Origin: Bdellovibrionia bacterium
GTDB lineage: Bacteria > Bdellovibrionota > UBA1018
Assembly (NCBI GenBank): GCA_045805065.1
Contig: JBJMMA010000090.1
Span: forward strand, 1-53,807
DNA: 53,807 bases
Reading direction: 5' to 3'
Part shown: positions 11,559-21,200 of the stretch, one piece after another
How positions within the stretch are numbered: the first letter of the stretch is position 1
Layout of the letters: every line of letters begins with the position of its first letter
Position numbers and translations under genes: made by a program
Notes under the pieces: model-generated
What the model was told of the DNA's origin: nothing
The model's input: only the letters and a program-made list of their open reading frames with translations
The model's database searches: none

Positions 11559-12959
11559 TTACTGAATAAGTTTCAAGTCTGGCCAGCTCTCGCCCGTCTG
11601 GGCCTGATGGCGATCGCGAATCACATGATAGGCCTCGCCATAATCGCCCTGCAGTGAGCCTTGATTGACGTGGATATAGCCCACGAAATGAGCCGAAATC
11701 AAAAGCTGGGCAAACCAAAGAAGAAAGAGGGCTATTCTTCCTGCCTGGCGATTGGGATTATGCGAGAGCGCAAGTCTGACCAGCCAGATTTGCTCAAAGG
11801 GAAAGGAGACACGCATATAATAGCGCCTGATATTGACTCGTGTCGCGGTCAGCAAAATTCCATATCCCCAAAGGGCCGCCTTTTGTGCAAAAGCAGTCTG
11901 AGAGACTTTGCGGGCAAATAGCCATTGAACCCGCGCTTCACGGGCAAAGAGCTGCCTTCCCCGGCGAAAAAGACCCGAGAAAATAATCCAGCATCCGGAA
12001 ACAAGAGCCAGGGCGTGGGCGATTCCACAGAGGTACGTGGCAGTACCGCCGATCACGGGGTAGCGCACGAAATCGGATATCTGAGCCCAAACGGAGCCAC
12101 CTCGCATCAGTCCCAGCGGATTTCCAAGATGCAGGCCCAGGCTATCCGTTACCCAGAAAACCCAGAACTTGAACTGCAGGACGTCACCCCAGGTGCCTGA
12201 GAGTACCTGACCTGGAGGCGGGTTCTTAAGGACATGGAGGTACCAGGGAATCAGTGGCCAGGCACCCGCACAGGATCCGATGAACCACCAGAGCCAGCGA
12301 ACTCTGACTTTTGGAATCGCTTTCTGATCGAAGAGCGCAGTCCAGAGAAAGAGCGCTCCTTCTAAAAAGAAGCCACTCATATGAATCTGGCCCAGCATGG
12401 CTCCCACGCAGCCCCAAAGAAAGGCGCCCCAGGCCCGGTCACGCTTCCACCAACCTGCGATCATGAGTGTTGAGAAAAAAGGAAAAAAACCCTGAGGCCA
12501 GAGCTTACGATCAATGTAGACGCCAAACGGATTGACCATCGCAAACGCACAAGCCCAAAGCCAGGATTCTCGGTTATCACTTTGAGGAGAGGTGCCGCGC
12601 TTCACGAAATAGAGCGCAAAGGGAATCAAAAGCGCGATCCCAAGCCAGGCAAAAAAAGAGAGCGCTCTTTGAAGGGCAATCGGGTCGGTTGCACGCGCAA
12701 GCCTTGCAAGGCACACAAATACCCAGACACTCATTCCGGGATTGGCGAGGTAGACGCCGGAGTTCATGCCGGCCCAGGGCCACGGCCTGCTATGTCCGAT
12801 GAGCTGGGTTTGGACGAAGTCGTAATATTCGTCTTCTTTCCATTCCATATCCTCTGTGTAGATGAGGCGAAGGATCAGGCCAGAGAGTAGCGTAATGGCA
12901 AGAAAGAGCTTCCAGCGAGCGCTCAGGGATTCTTTGCGCCAGGGTTTGTGTAGGTTCAC
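11559..12959 (-). CDS. multi-pass GT-C glycosyltransferase (ArnT/PMT-like)
   Basis: LRL..(loop)..EDE acidic motif after TM1, NPG, many TM helices, QIHMSG; GTG start overlaps the upstream stop. Confidence 0.65.
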   Translation of the reverse strand: MNLHKPWRKESLSARWKLFLAITLLSGLILRLIYTEDMEWKEDEYYDFVQTQLIGHSRPWPWAGMNSGVYLANPGMSVWVFVCLARLARATDPIALQRALSFFAWLGIALLIPFALYFVKRGTSPQSDNRESWLWACAFAMVNPFGVYIDRKLWPQGFFPFFSTLMIAGWWKRDRAWGAFLWGCVGAMLGQIHMSGFFLEGALFLWTALFDQKAIPKVRVRWLWWFIGSCAGAWPLIPWYLHVLKNPPPGQVLSGTWGDVLQFKFWVFWVTDSLGLHLGNPLGLMRGGSVWAQISDFVRYPVIGGTATYLCGIAHALALVSGCWIIFSGLFRRGRQLFAREARVQWLFARKVSQTAFAQKAALWGYGILLTATRVNIRRYYMRVSFPFEQIWLVRLALSHNPNRQAGRIALFLLWFAQLLISAHFVGYIHVNQGSLQGDYGEAYHVIRDRHQAQTGESWPDLKLIQ

Positions 12960-15793
12960 AGGTGAGCTCCGTCAGAAGGCCTGAGCATTCTAAGAACACG
13001 GTATTCGAGGACTCGGCCGTCGGTGTAGGGATCAGGAATGGAAAGACGAGTGAGATCGTTGCTTCGCGCCGGGTGGACGATGATCTCAGAGTCTGGATTC
13101 TTCATGAGTGCTGCGCGAAGCTTTCCAGGGTCTAAAAAATGAGCATTTTGCGGGTAAAAGCAAGGAAGCGATCGAAAGCCAAGTGACTTGAGCCGGCTTG
13201 CTGCCCAAAGAGACAGGATGTTGAGAACCGCTTTTGGCGTGAGCCAGAGCGATGGATCATAAGGGCAGCGAATACAAGAGATGCCTTCAGCTTTGATCAG
13301 ATCGGAAACCGAATCAATCAATCCTGGAGAAAGGTGAATGTGATGGTGTCCGTCCAGATAATGAATCGGGATCTGAAGGGATTTGAGTTTTGCAATCTGA
13401 GCTTTAAACTCGGCTCGAGCATGCTCACGCAGAGCTTTTTTGTCAGAAAGAGGGCTCATCCATTGGAGAAGGACTTGCCCAGGAGAGCAAATTCCATAGG
13501 TCAGATCAAAGTGCAGGCCGAGCTCTACTCCGGGCACTTGAAGAAGTTCATTCAAGCCATGAGTGATATGAGCTGAGCGCGCCATGATCGAGACTCTTCG
13601 GATGACACCGGCGCGAGCGAGTTCAAGGATCCCTTGATTGACTTCGGGCGTTAGTCCCCAGTCATCTGCGGTAAACGCTTGAGTGAGTTTCAGTGGCTCA
13701 TAAAAACCTGCGCGGTAACGCTTGGCAAGCTTTGGCAGACCCCAGAGAATGCTGAGCGCTTCAAAGCCCATTCTTCGACGGCTCTTTTCTTCAGCCAAAA
13801 TCAAAGTAACAGGCAGGTCTTTTTCTTTGTGCGAATGAGACTTTGCAATCAGCGCAAGCTCAAGATCAAAGAGAAATCCAAGAGAACTCTGGAGCGTGAA
13901 CGCTTGCAAGGCAAGCGAGCGATTCATGGCAAGCGTTCCAGAATGCGTATCGGTGGTTTCAATGGGCAGGAGCATGCGCACTAACTTATTAAACCGCAGC
14001 CCCAGGCGATGGCGCTGATACACGATGGGAAGCAGCCTGACAGGAATTCTAAACCGGGATTCAGGGTGACGACGATTTCCTCTGACAAAAGAATAGCCTG
14101 AGGAAATCTCAGAGAGAGCGTTTTGATAAAACTTAGGATCACAGGGCTGTTCCAGCTGTGCTGTCAGGATGACTCTGCCACGAGAAAGTGCAAAGGATTC
14201 CCTGAGAGCCGCATTTCTTGTAGGAAAGTGCTCCGCGGGGTTTCTTAAGTTCAAGAGCTTGATTTGTGGTGACGCGCTTTCAAGTTTCTTCAATTCGATC
14301 CAGGCGGGATTGTGCTCACTTAAGCGATCACCATAAGGCTGGATCAGGATTTCATATTCTCGCGAGACCTGATCAAAAACCTGGCGCGCTTCTTTGATGA
14401 AGCTCACGACGGCTTCGGCATCCAGTGAGGTTGCCGATTGCATGGGAATGGGCGCAAGAAGCGAGAAATCAAGACCGGCTTTCTGTTGCTCCTGTTCCCA
14501 CGGAAGAACTTGACGGCTTCGAGCCAGCGATTTCAGCTCGCGGGCAAACCACGAGGGCCGCGAGTGGCGATAAGCAAGCTGCGCGGTCGCAAATCCCAGA
14601 AAAAAAGTCGCAAGAAGGGGAATGGATGCTTTTTGTGATCCAAAGAAGAGAAAGTCACCTGTGAGGTCTTTCCCGGCAAGGGACAGGGTCAGTGCTCCAA
14701 AAATCAAAGCGAAGAGCGCAAAGCGGTTTCTCTTCCGAGAAGGAGTCTGGATCTGATCAGACACCAGCAGCGCGACCGGGATCGCAAGGACAGTCAGCGA
14801 ATACTTGAAAGTCTCAGGCATCACCCAAAGGTAGGGAAAAATGCCAAGCGCGAAAAAGGACGCGCGTCCCATGGATCTGCGTGGAAAGCGAAGAAGCCAA
14901 AATAAAAGGACCGAACCGCAGATGAAGATAGCAAGTGCTGCGTAAATTTCCATGGCAAGCGCGGGCGTGAGCCAGTGCCAGTTGACCATTCTCAAGAGCG
15001 CGCTTTTGATCGACTGGCTCCCATAGTGAGAAGCATCATAGTACTGGGAGTCCGCGGTCACCATCAGGGCCCACCGGCTCCAAAGCATCTTAACGCGATC
15101 CCATGGGCCAATCCAGAACGTGGTCAGCGCAAGGGTCACGAGAAGAGTCACAAGCGGCGCGACGATCGCACGAAGCTTGGCCTTGGGACGACCATGCAAA
15201 AAGAGTGGATAGAGAAAGCCCGGTCCGATTTTCACTAAGGTGGGGATCAGAAGAGCAGTCGATGCCTTGCCGCTTTGCCAGGAGACCCAATAATAAAAGC
15301 TTGCGCAGAACGACAGAAAAAGAAGGCTTGAGATCTGCCCGATCGTAAAACAATCCAGACAAAAACGAACAATGAAGAGCAGCGCTACTGCTGTTGGAAA
15401 TGCCGCCAGAGAGCGCGGTCTGCTCACTCTTTGGAGCGTCAGAAAGATGAAACCCATGCCCAGACCAAACCAAAGATACTGAAGAAAATACCAGACGAGT
15501 TTTGCCGATGCTAAAGAGAGCTCAGCAAATGGCCTGAAGAAAGGGATTGTCGGCGGGGCGTAGCGAAAAGGGGATGCACCATCTTTGAGGGAATAGACTT
15601 CTTCCCAATTCCCTTGAGCCGCTCTGAGTGCGGAGCGGTAATAAACTTCAAAATCCGTGTAGTCCGTCTTGATCCATACTTTATAGGCATAAAGAGGCAG
15701 GACGATTGCAGCGGCAATCCATGCGAGCGCGATGACGGCTTTTTGAAGTTTAGGCTTAGGCGTTTTTTCTGCAAACATAGAGGATATCGGCAA
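12956..15793 (-). CDS. triple fusion: GT87-like GT-C + degenerate GT2 + YdjC/ChbG-family deacetylase
   Basis: N: DFEVYY, FRYAPP, GQIS, VKIGP and many TMs. Middle: paralogue of the adjacent GT2 with DAD replaced by QLE. C: TADDWG, GLHFDLT, LDGHHHIH, IIVHP. One uninterrupted 945-aa frame. Confidence 0.8.
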   Translation of the reverse strand: MPISSMFAEKTPKPKLQKAVIALAWIAAAIVLPLYAYKVWIKTDYTDFEVYYRSALRAAQGNWEEVYSLKDGASPFRYAPPTIPFFRPFAELSLASAKLVWYFLQYLWFGLGMGFIFLTLQRVSRPRSLAAFPTAVALLFIVRFCLDCFTIGQISSLLFLSFCASFYYWVSWQSGKASTALLIPTLVKIGPGFLYPLFLHGRPKAKLRAIVAPLVTLLVTLALTTFWIGPWDRVKMLWSRWALMVTADSQYYDASHYGSQSIKSALLRMVNWHWLTPALAMEIYAALAIFICGSVLLFWLLRFPRRSMGRASFFALGIFPYLWVMPETFKYSLTVLAIPVALLVSDQIQTPSRKRNRFALFALIFGALTLSLAGKDLTGDFLFFGSQKASIPLLATFFLGFATAQLAYRHSRPSWFARELKSLARSRQVLPWEQEQQKAGLDFSLLAPIPMQSATSLDAEAVVSFIKEARQVFDQVSREYEILIQPYGDRLSEHNPAWIELKKLESASPQIKLLNLRNPAEHFPTRNAALRESFALSRGRVILTAQLEQPCDPKFYQNALSEISSGYSFVRGNRRHPESRFRIPVRLLPIVYQRHRLGLRFNKLVRMLLPIETTDTHSGTLAMNRSLALQAFTLQSSLGFLFDLELALIAKSHSHKEKDLPVTLILAEEKSRRRMGFEALSILWGLPKLAKRYRAGFYEPLKLTQAFTADDWGLTPEVNQGILELARAGVIRRVSIMARSAHITHGLNELLQVPGVELGLHFDLTYGICSPGQVLLQWMSPLSDKKALREHARAEFKAQIAKLKSLQIPIHYLDGHHHIHLSPGLIDSVSDLIKAEGISCIRCPYDPSLWLTPKAVLNILSLWAASRLKSLGFRSLPCFYPQNAHFLDPGKLRAALMKNPDSEIIVHPARSNDLTRLSIPDPYTDGRVLEYRVLRMLRPSDGAHL

Positions 15794-16421
15794 AAAGCTT
15801 GCTGCTGCAGCGCTCAGATGTCACCTGAAATCCAACCGACTCAAGCGCCTGAATCCAGCCTGACGGAGCTCTGAAGTGGAGGCCTGGTTTTTCGGCCCGG
15901 GTAAAACCAGTCATAGTTGCGACTTTTTCGTAAAAACGATTGAACCAGGAGGCAAGCCCTCCGCCTGCTGGATCGACTTCTCGGACAATCAGGCATCCCT
16001 GAGGATCTAAAGCATCAAAAGCCTGTCGGAAGATCTTTTCCTGAAGCTTGGGCTCAAAGTAATGCATGACATCGATCATAGCGATGCCTTGGTAATGGCC
16101 GGGAGGTGGATCCAGGACGTTACCTTTTTGAAATTTCAAATTCGGAATTCCTTGAGACGCGGTGTTGGCGGCCTCAACTCGTGCGGCATCATGATCAATG
16201 CCATGAACTTGCCGGTCGGAGCTCTCCAGCGCTAAGGCAAGAGCCAGGAGGCCATGACCACAACCCAGATCAAGGATCTTGCCCTGACGAGGTAGATGTC
16301 GAGCCATCGCAAGATAAGGCGTCAGTTTCCAGCGCAGAGTGAGAAACGCGCGAGTTCCCAATGAAATGCCTTGGTAACGGGACAGGTAGCCAACAAAGCT
16401 GGGTGCATGAGCAGTATTCAC
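15756..16421 (-). CDS. class I SAM-dependent methyltransferase
   Basis: ILDLGCGHG, GIDHD, IDVMHY. Confidence 0.9.
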   Translation of the reverse strand: MNTAHAPSFVGYLSRYQGISLGTRAFLTLRWKLTPYLAMARHLPRQGKILDLGCGHGLLALALALESSDRQVHGIDHDAARVEAANTASQGIPNLKFQKGNVLDPPPGHYQGIAMIDVMHYFEPKLQEKIFRQAFDALDPQGCLIVREVDPAGGGLASWFNRFYEKVATMTGFTRAEKPGLHFRAPSGWIQALESVGFQVTSERCSSKLFADILYVCRKNA

Positions 16422-17221
16422 TGAGCGTAAACTCCCTTGAGTTGACGAATGAAAATTCGGGATAGCCAGTAGGCGGCAAGAAAAGACTCGCGGATGATCC
16501 GGACCGTGCTTTTCTCGGTATTTAGAAAAAGAAGAACGGGAAGATCCGTTTGCTTCATTTTCTTTGCGCGGGCTGTGAGAAAAATCTCAAGATCGAAAAA
16601 GAAACCGGGACACTCCAGTCGGGAGAACGCTTCACGCGCAAGCTCTCGAGACATCGCTTTGATGCCCGCTTGAGTGTCAGTAGTCTCGACGGGGAAAAAC
16701 AGGCGCACGACCCGGTTAAAACCAAGGCCCAGTCGATGACGTCCATAAGCCACATTCAAAAGTTCGACCGGGATGTCAAACTGGCTCGATGCCATTCGGC
16801 GATTTCCTGTGACCAGGTGATAACCTTCCTGAAGCTTTGCGTGAGCTCTTGAGAAAAACTCCAAATCATAGGGAAGGTCGGCGTCCGTAAAAAAGATCAT
16901 CCGCCCGCGCGCCCGCTGAATCCCTGTTCTGAGAGCCGCGCCTTTGCCTGGGGCGCCTTCATGAAGGACGACTTTGACTTCAGAAAAGCGCGCGCTCAAC
17001 TTGTTTGCGATTTCCGTGCTGAGATCGTTTTTGTCGTTTCCGGGATTAGGGATCAGGATGATCTCGTAAGAGTCAGAAAAATTCTTTCCAAAGAACTCTC
17101 TCGCCTCAAGCACCGTGCTTTCCAGCGCGTGGGCTGAGTTTTTGGCGGGAATGAGGAGCGTCACCTCAAGTGAGGAAGCATCCGCCAAAATATGCGGCAG
17201 AGGAGAGAGCCTTTGAGGCAT
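16418..17221 (-). CDS. GT2 glycosyltransferase, polyprenyl-phosphate sugar synthase-like (DPM1/ArnC group)
   Basis: LLIPAKN, GKGAALRTG, FTDADLPYD, GNR, DTQAGIK, FFFDLEI. Confidence 0.88.
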   Translation of the reverse strand: MPQRLSPLPHILADASSLEVTLLIPAKNSAHALESTVLEAREFFGKNFSDSYEIILIPNPGNDKNDLSTEIANKLSARFSEVKVVLHEGAPGKGAALRTGIQRARGRMIFFTDADLPYDLEFFSRAHAKLQEGYHLVTGNRRMASSQFDIPVELLNVAYGRHRLGLGFNRVVRLFFPVETTDTQAGIKAMSRELAREAFSRLECPGFFFDLEIFLTARAKKMKQTDLPVLLFLNTEKSTVRIIRESFLAAYWLSRIFIRQLKGVYAQ

Positions 17222-18285
17222 CAGCGATTCCTCTTGAATGATGTTTCACAGAAATCGCGAAACTCAAGAAGGAGCTCAAGGACAAGATCCGCGTCTGCTA
17301 CCGTGTGTAGCGCAAGGCCGCAGGCCGGCGTATAGATCGCCTGAGTCAGGATTCTCCTGACGAGCTCAGAGTTTGCCCCGGAAGATTGAAATGCGTTCAA
17401 AAGTTCAGAGAAAATCGGTTCTGGCTCAAGCGATTGAAGAACGGAAGAGCGAGCCGTTGGAATCACTCCCAAAGAAAGTCGACCTCCTGAAAGAACAAAG
17501 TCCTCAATGGCAGGCAGTCTGGATGGCGTCAGAAGTGCTCTGAGAGAGAGTGCGGTATCGAGTGATAAAACCTGGATTCCCAGACCAAGAACCGCGTCCC
17601 AATCCGTATTGCTGCAGCAATGAAGCCCGACTTCGACTCCATCTTTCTTCAGGGTCTGAATCATGAGCTTCAGCTCCTGGAGTCCTAAGTGGAACTTGGT
17701 GCTTGAGGCCATCAGCCCAAAAAGACCGGGCTCATCGATATACAGAAGTGGCTGGATTCCCGAAGCCTGAAGCCGCCTGCTCATGGCAAGCGCTCGCGCA
17801 AGAACCAGGCGGTAGATCTGCATCGCGACTTCCGGATTGCGATCCAGCGTATGCCCCTCTTTTGTTTTTACTGACCATTGAGAGGTCAAAGGGCCTGCGA
17901 TCTGGATCTTGGCCTTCTTGACTCCTCTTTCTTCAAGCTCCCAGACAAACGGTTGCCAGCTTGAGGAAATGGCAGTGGAGGGCTCAAAGGCTTCAAATGC
18001 GGCAAGATCTGAATCCGCACGCTCAAAAGCGCGGGTCAGCTCTTGATCGAGCTTCGCGCTTCGGCTCTCCCATACGGCGACGTTCAGTGTAACGGTTCCA
18101 TCGCTTTCAGCCTGAAGACCTGGAAGTCCTTCCAGAGCCTGCGCAAGCATGTATTCCCAAGGATTGCGGATAGGAGTCTGAGGCAAAAACGGGATGCTGG
18201 TGCTGAAAGCAAATTGAAGAGCCGAATCCACATTGTGATGCGGAAGACTCCCGATGCCCGTTGTTTGAAACTCAGCGTTGATCAT
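17221..18285 (-). CDS. stand-alone 'core' methionine synthase-like protein (MetE C-terminal domain homologue)
   Basis: TTGIGSLPH, K.QIAGPLT, IDEP, Zn-ligand HCC and TPACGL; no MetE N-terminal half; GGAGG precedes ATG 18285. Confidence 0.75.
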   Translation of the reverse strand: MINAEFQTTGIGSLPHHNVDSALQFAFSTSIPFLPQTPIRNPWEYMLAQALEGLPGLQAESDGTVTLNVAVWESRSAKLDQELTRAFERADSDLAAFEAFEPSTAISSSWQPFVWELEERGVKKAKIQIAGPLTSQWSVKTKEGHTLDRNPEVAMQIYRLVLARALAMSRRLQASGIQPLLYIDEPGLFGLMASSTKFHLGLQELKLMIQTLKKDGVEVGLHCCSNTDWDAVLGLGIQVLSLDTALSLRALLTPSRLPAIEDFVLSGGRLSLGVIPTARSSVLQSLEPEPIFSELLNAFQSSGANSELVRRILTQAIYTPACGLALHTVADADLVLELLLEFRDFCETSFKRNR

Positions 18286-21200
18286 CTTCAAGTCCTCCGC
18301 GGCCTACGGAGAAGTAAGTCGCTTGCGGATGATGGAAGACAAGGGCCGAAACGCTGGACTCTGGATCCATCATGAAGCCATCCGTGAGTTGCACGCCGAT
18401 TTGCTGAGGCTCAAGAAGCTTCCAAAGAAGGGCTTGATCATCCAGTCTTGGGCACGCAGGGTATCCAAAGGAGTAGCGCTTGCCGCGATACTTGGCTTGA
18501 AAGCGTTCCATCATGGTCATTTCAGGAGCATCAGGATGGCCCCACATTTTGCGAAGCTGCGAATGCAGAAGTTCCGCATAAGCTTCGGCGCTTTCAAGCG
18601 CAAGGGCTTGCACGATGTGAGACTTGAGATAGTCCCCGCGGTTTTTCAGATTTTCTGCAAGTTCTCGCACTCCCTTGCCAACTGAGACGACAAAGAGCGC
18701 GACCGTGTCTTGCGGCATGCTGCCCAGAGTGTTGTTTTGAAGCGGATTGGTATAGTCGGCCAGGCAAAGGCCATCCATCTTGCGCTGGCGCGGGAACTCA
18801 AAGCTCGTGAGTTTTTCACCCTGGCCAGAGAATAGATGTAGATGATTGCCTTCGCTTCCCGCGCGGAAGAACTGATAGACGGCAGAAGGCGCAAGAATCG
18901 GCGTATCCTTGTAAGCTTCTTTCACTTCCTGTACGGCTTGCCAGATTCCCAGGGCTTTCGGATCCTTCTCCTCAAGCTCAGCCAGCGTCTTTTGATCCTT
19001 ATCGAACATGCGGACGCTTGCGCCTTTGATTCCAAGATGGCGCCCATACAGCATGAGAGGATTGACGTATTTCCAGATCTGCTCAATGGGTGTGTTTTTC
19101 AGAATGTGACGCTCAAAGTCCGGAGGTGTCGGAACCTCTGAAAGTACATCTATTGCTGAGTTTCTCTGCGTGATGATCTCAGCGGCAGTCACAGGAGCTG
19201 CGCTTTGAGTCTGCGCAAGTTTTGCGCGACGCTCAGAGAGATCGCTTTTGAGTTTAGCAAAGCGCGTAGGGTCCACGATCTGCTTGGCAAGCTCAAGCCC
19301 ATTCATCGCGTCCGACGCATAAGCGACTGTGCCCGTGGTGTAGGCTTTTGCGATCTGCTTATCGACAAAGTTTGCAGATAGTGCTGCTCCACCGACCAGA
19401 ACCGGCGTATCAATGCCTGCGCGCGCAAAGTCGTCGGCAGTCACAACCATTTGCTGAGCGGATTTTACCAGAAGACCTGAGAGGCCCACGATATCCGGTT
19501 GATGCTCACGAACTGCCTGGATCAAGGTCTCTGGCAGAACTTTGATACCAAGATTGACGACTTTGAAGCCGTTATTGGAAAGAATGATTTCGACCAGGTT
19601 TTTGCCGATGTCATGAACGTCACCTTTAACAGTGGCAAGCAGAACTTTGCCGCGCGTGGAGCTGTCGGATTTCTCCATGTAAGGCTCAAGATGCGCAACT
19701 GCTGCTTTCATGGCCTCGGCGGACTGCAGAACTTCCGCAACGATCAGTTGATTGGTGTTAAAGAGACGTCCCACTTCGTCCATGCCTTGCATGAGAGGGC
19801 CGTTGATGATCTCAAGAGGTCTCATCGTTTTGAGCGCCTCGTCGAGATCAGCCTGAAGGCCATCTTTTGAGCCCTCAATGATGTAGCGTGGAAGTCTTTC
19901 CATGAGAGGAAGCTGCTCTTGAGAGGACTTCGATTTTCTCGAAGCGCCGGTCATGTTTCTGAAATGCGCCGCAAAAGCGGCCACTGGATCCGCGCCGCGG
20001 TTATAGAGAAGATCTTCCGCAAGCTTCACTTCTTCAGCAGGAATGCTTGCAAAGCGCTCGAGTTTTTCCGAATTCACGATTGCAAGATCAAGTCCTGCCT
20101 GAACGCAGTGATAGAGAAAAACGGAATTGAGAACTTCACGTCCTGCGGGAGGAAGACCAAAGCTGACATTGGAGATCCCAAGAATCGTCTTAGTACGTGG
20201 AAATCGCTCCTTGATGAGTCGGATGCCTTCGATGGTTTCAACGGCCGAACCAATGTACTGCTGATCTCCAGTAGCACATGGGAAGACGAGCGGGTCCCAG
20301 TAGATATCTTCGGGAGCAACACCATACTTCTCCGTGAGAAGGGCGTAGGAGCGCTCAGCGATCTCAAGCTTTCTTGCGCGGGTGACGCCCATTCCTTGCT
20401 CAGGATCGTCATCAATCGTACCGACCACAAGGGCTGCGCCGAATTGTTTTGCAAGAGGGACGACTTTTTCGAAGCGCTCTTCGCCATCTTCAAGATTCAC
20501 GGAATTGATAATGGCTTTGCCTTGCGAATAGGTCAGAGCCATTTCGATGACCTTCTCGTCAGTCGAATCGATCATCAGAGGCGCGCGAACCTTCTTGATC
20601 GCGAACTCAAGGAACCTTCGCATATCCTCAATCTCATCGCGATCCGGATTTGCCAGGCACATATCGATGATCTGCGCGCCGCTCTTGATTTGTGCCCGGG
20701 CAATCTCCGAGGCCTCTTCATATTTTTCATCACAAATCAGGGTCTTGAATTTCTTGCTGCCGATGACGTTCGTGCGTTCGCCCACGATCACAGGGCGCAT
20801 TTCATCGGTGATTTCGAGATAATCGACTCCCGAAAGAAACGAGCGTGAGGTGGTTTGCGGGACACGAGGCTTTCTGCCTGCGACAAGCTCAGAGAGCGAA
20901 TGAATGTGGCCATGGTGCGTGCCGCAGCATCCGCCCACCACATTGATCCAGCCGTTCTCGATGAAACGCTTGAGAACGCCCGAGACCATTTCAGGAGTCT
21001 CCAGATAGCATCCGTTCTCATCCGGAAGTCCAGCGTTCGGAACGCAGGCCACGCGAAAGCGAGAAAGCGCCGCAAGGGATCGGATCGGATCCGTCATGAA
21101 CTCAGGACCAGTCGCGCAATTGAGTCCGATGTAAAGAAGATCAAGATGGGAGAGTGAGGCAAGAAGTGCTTCGATGGATTGACCCGCCAGCATGGTTCCC

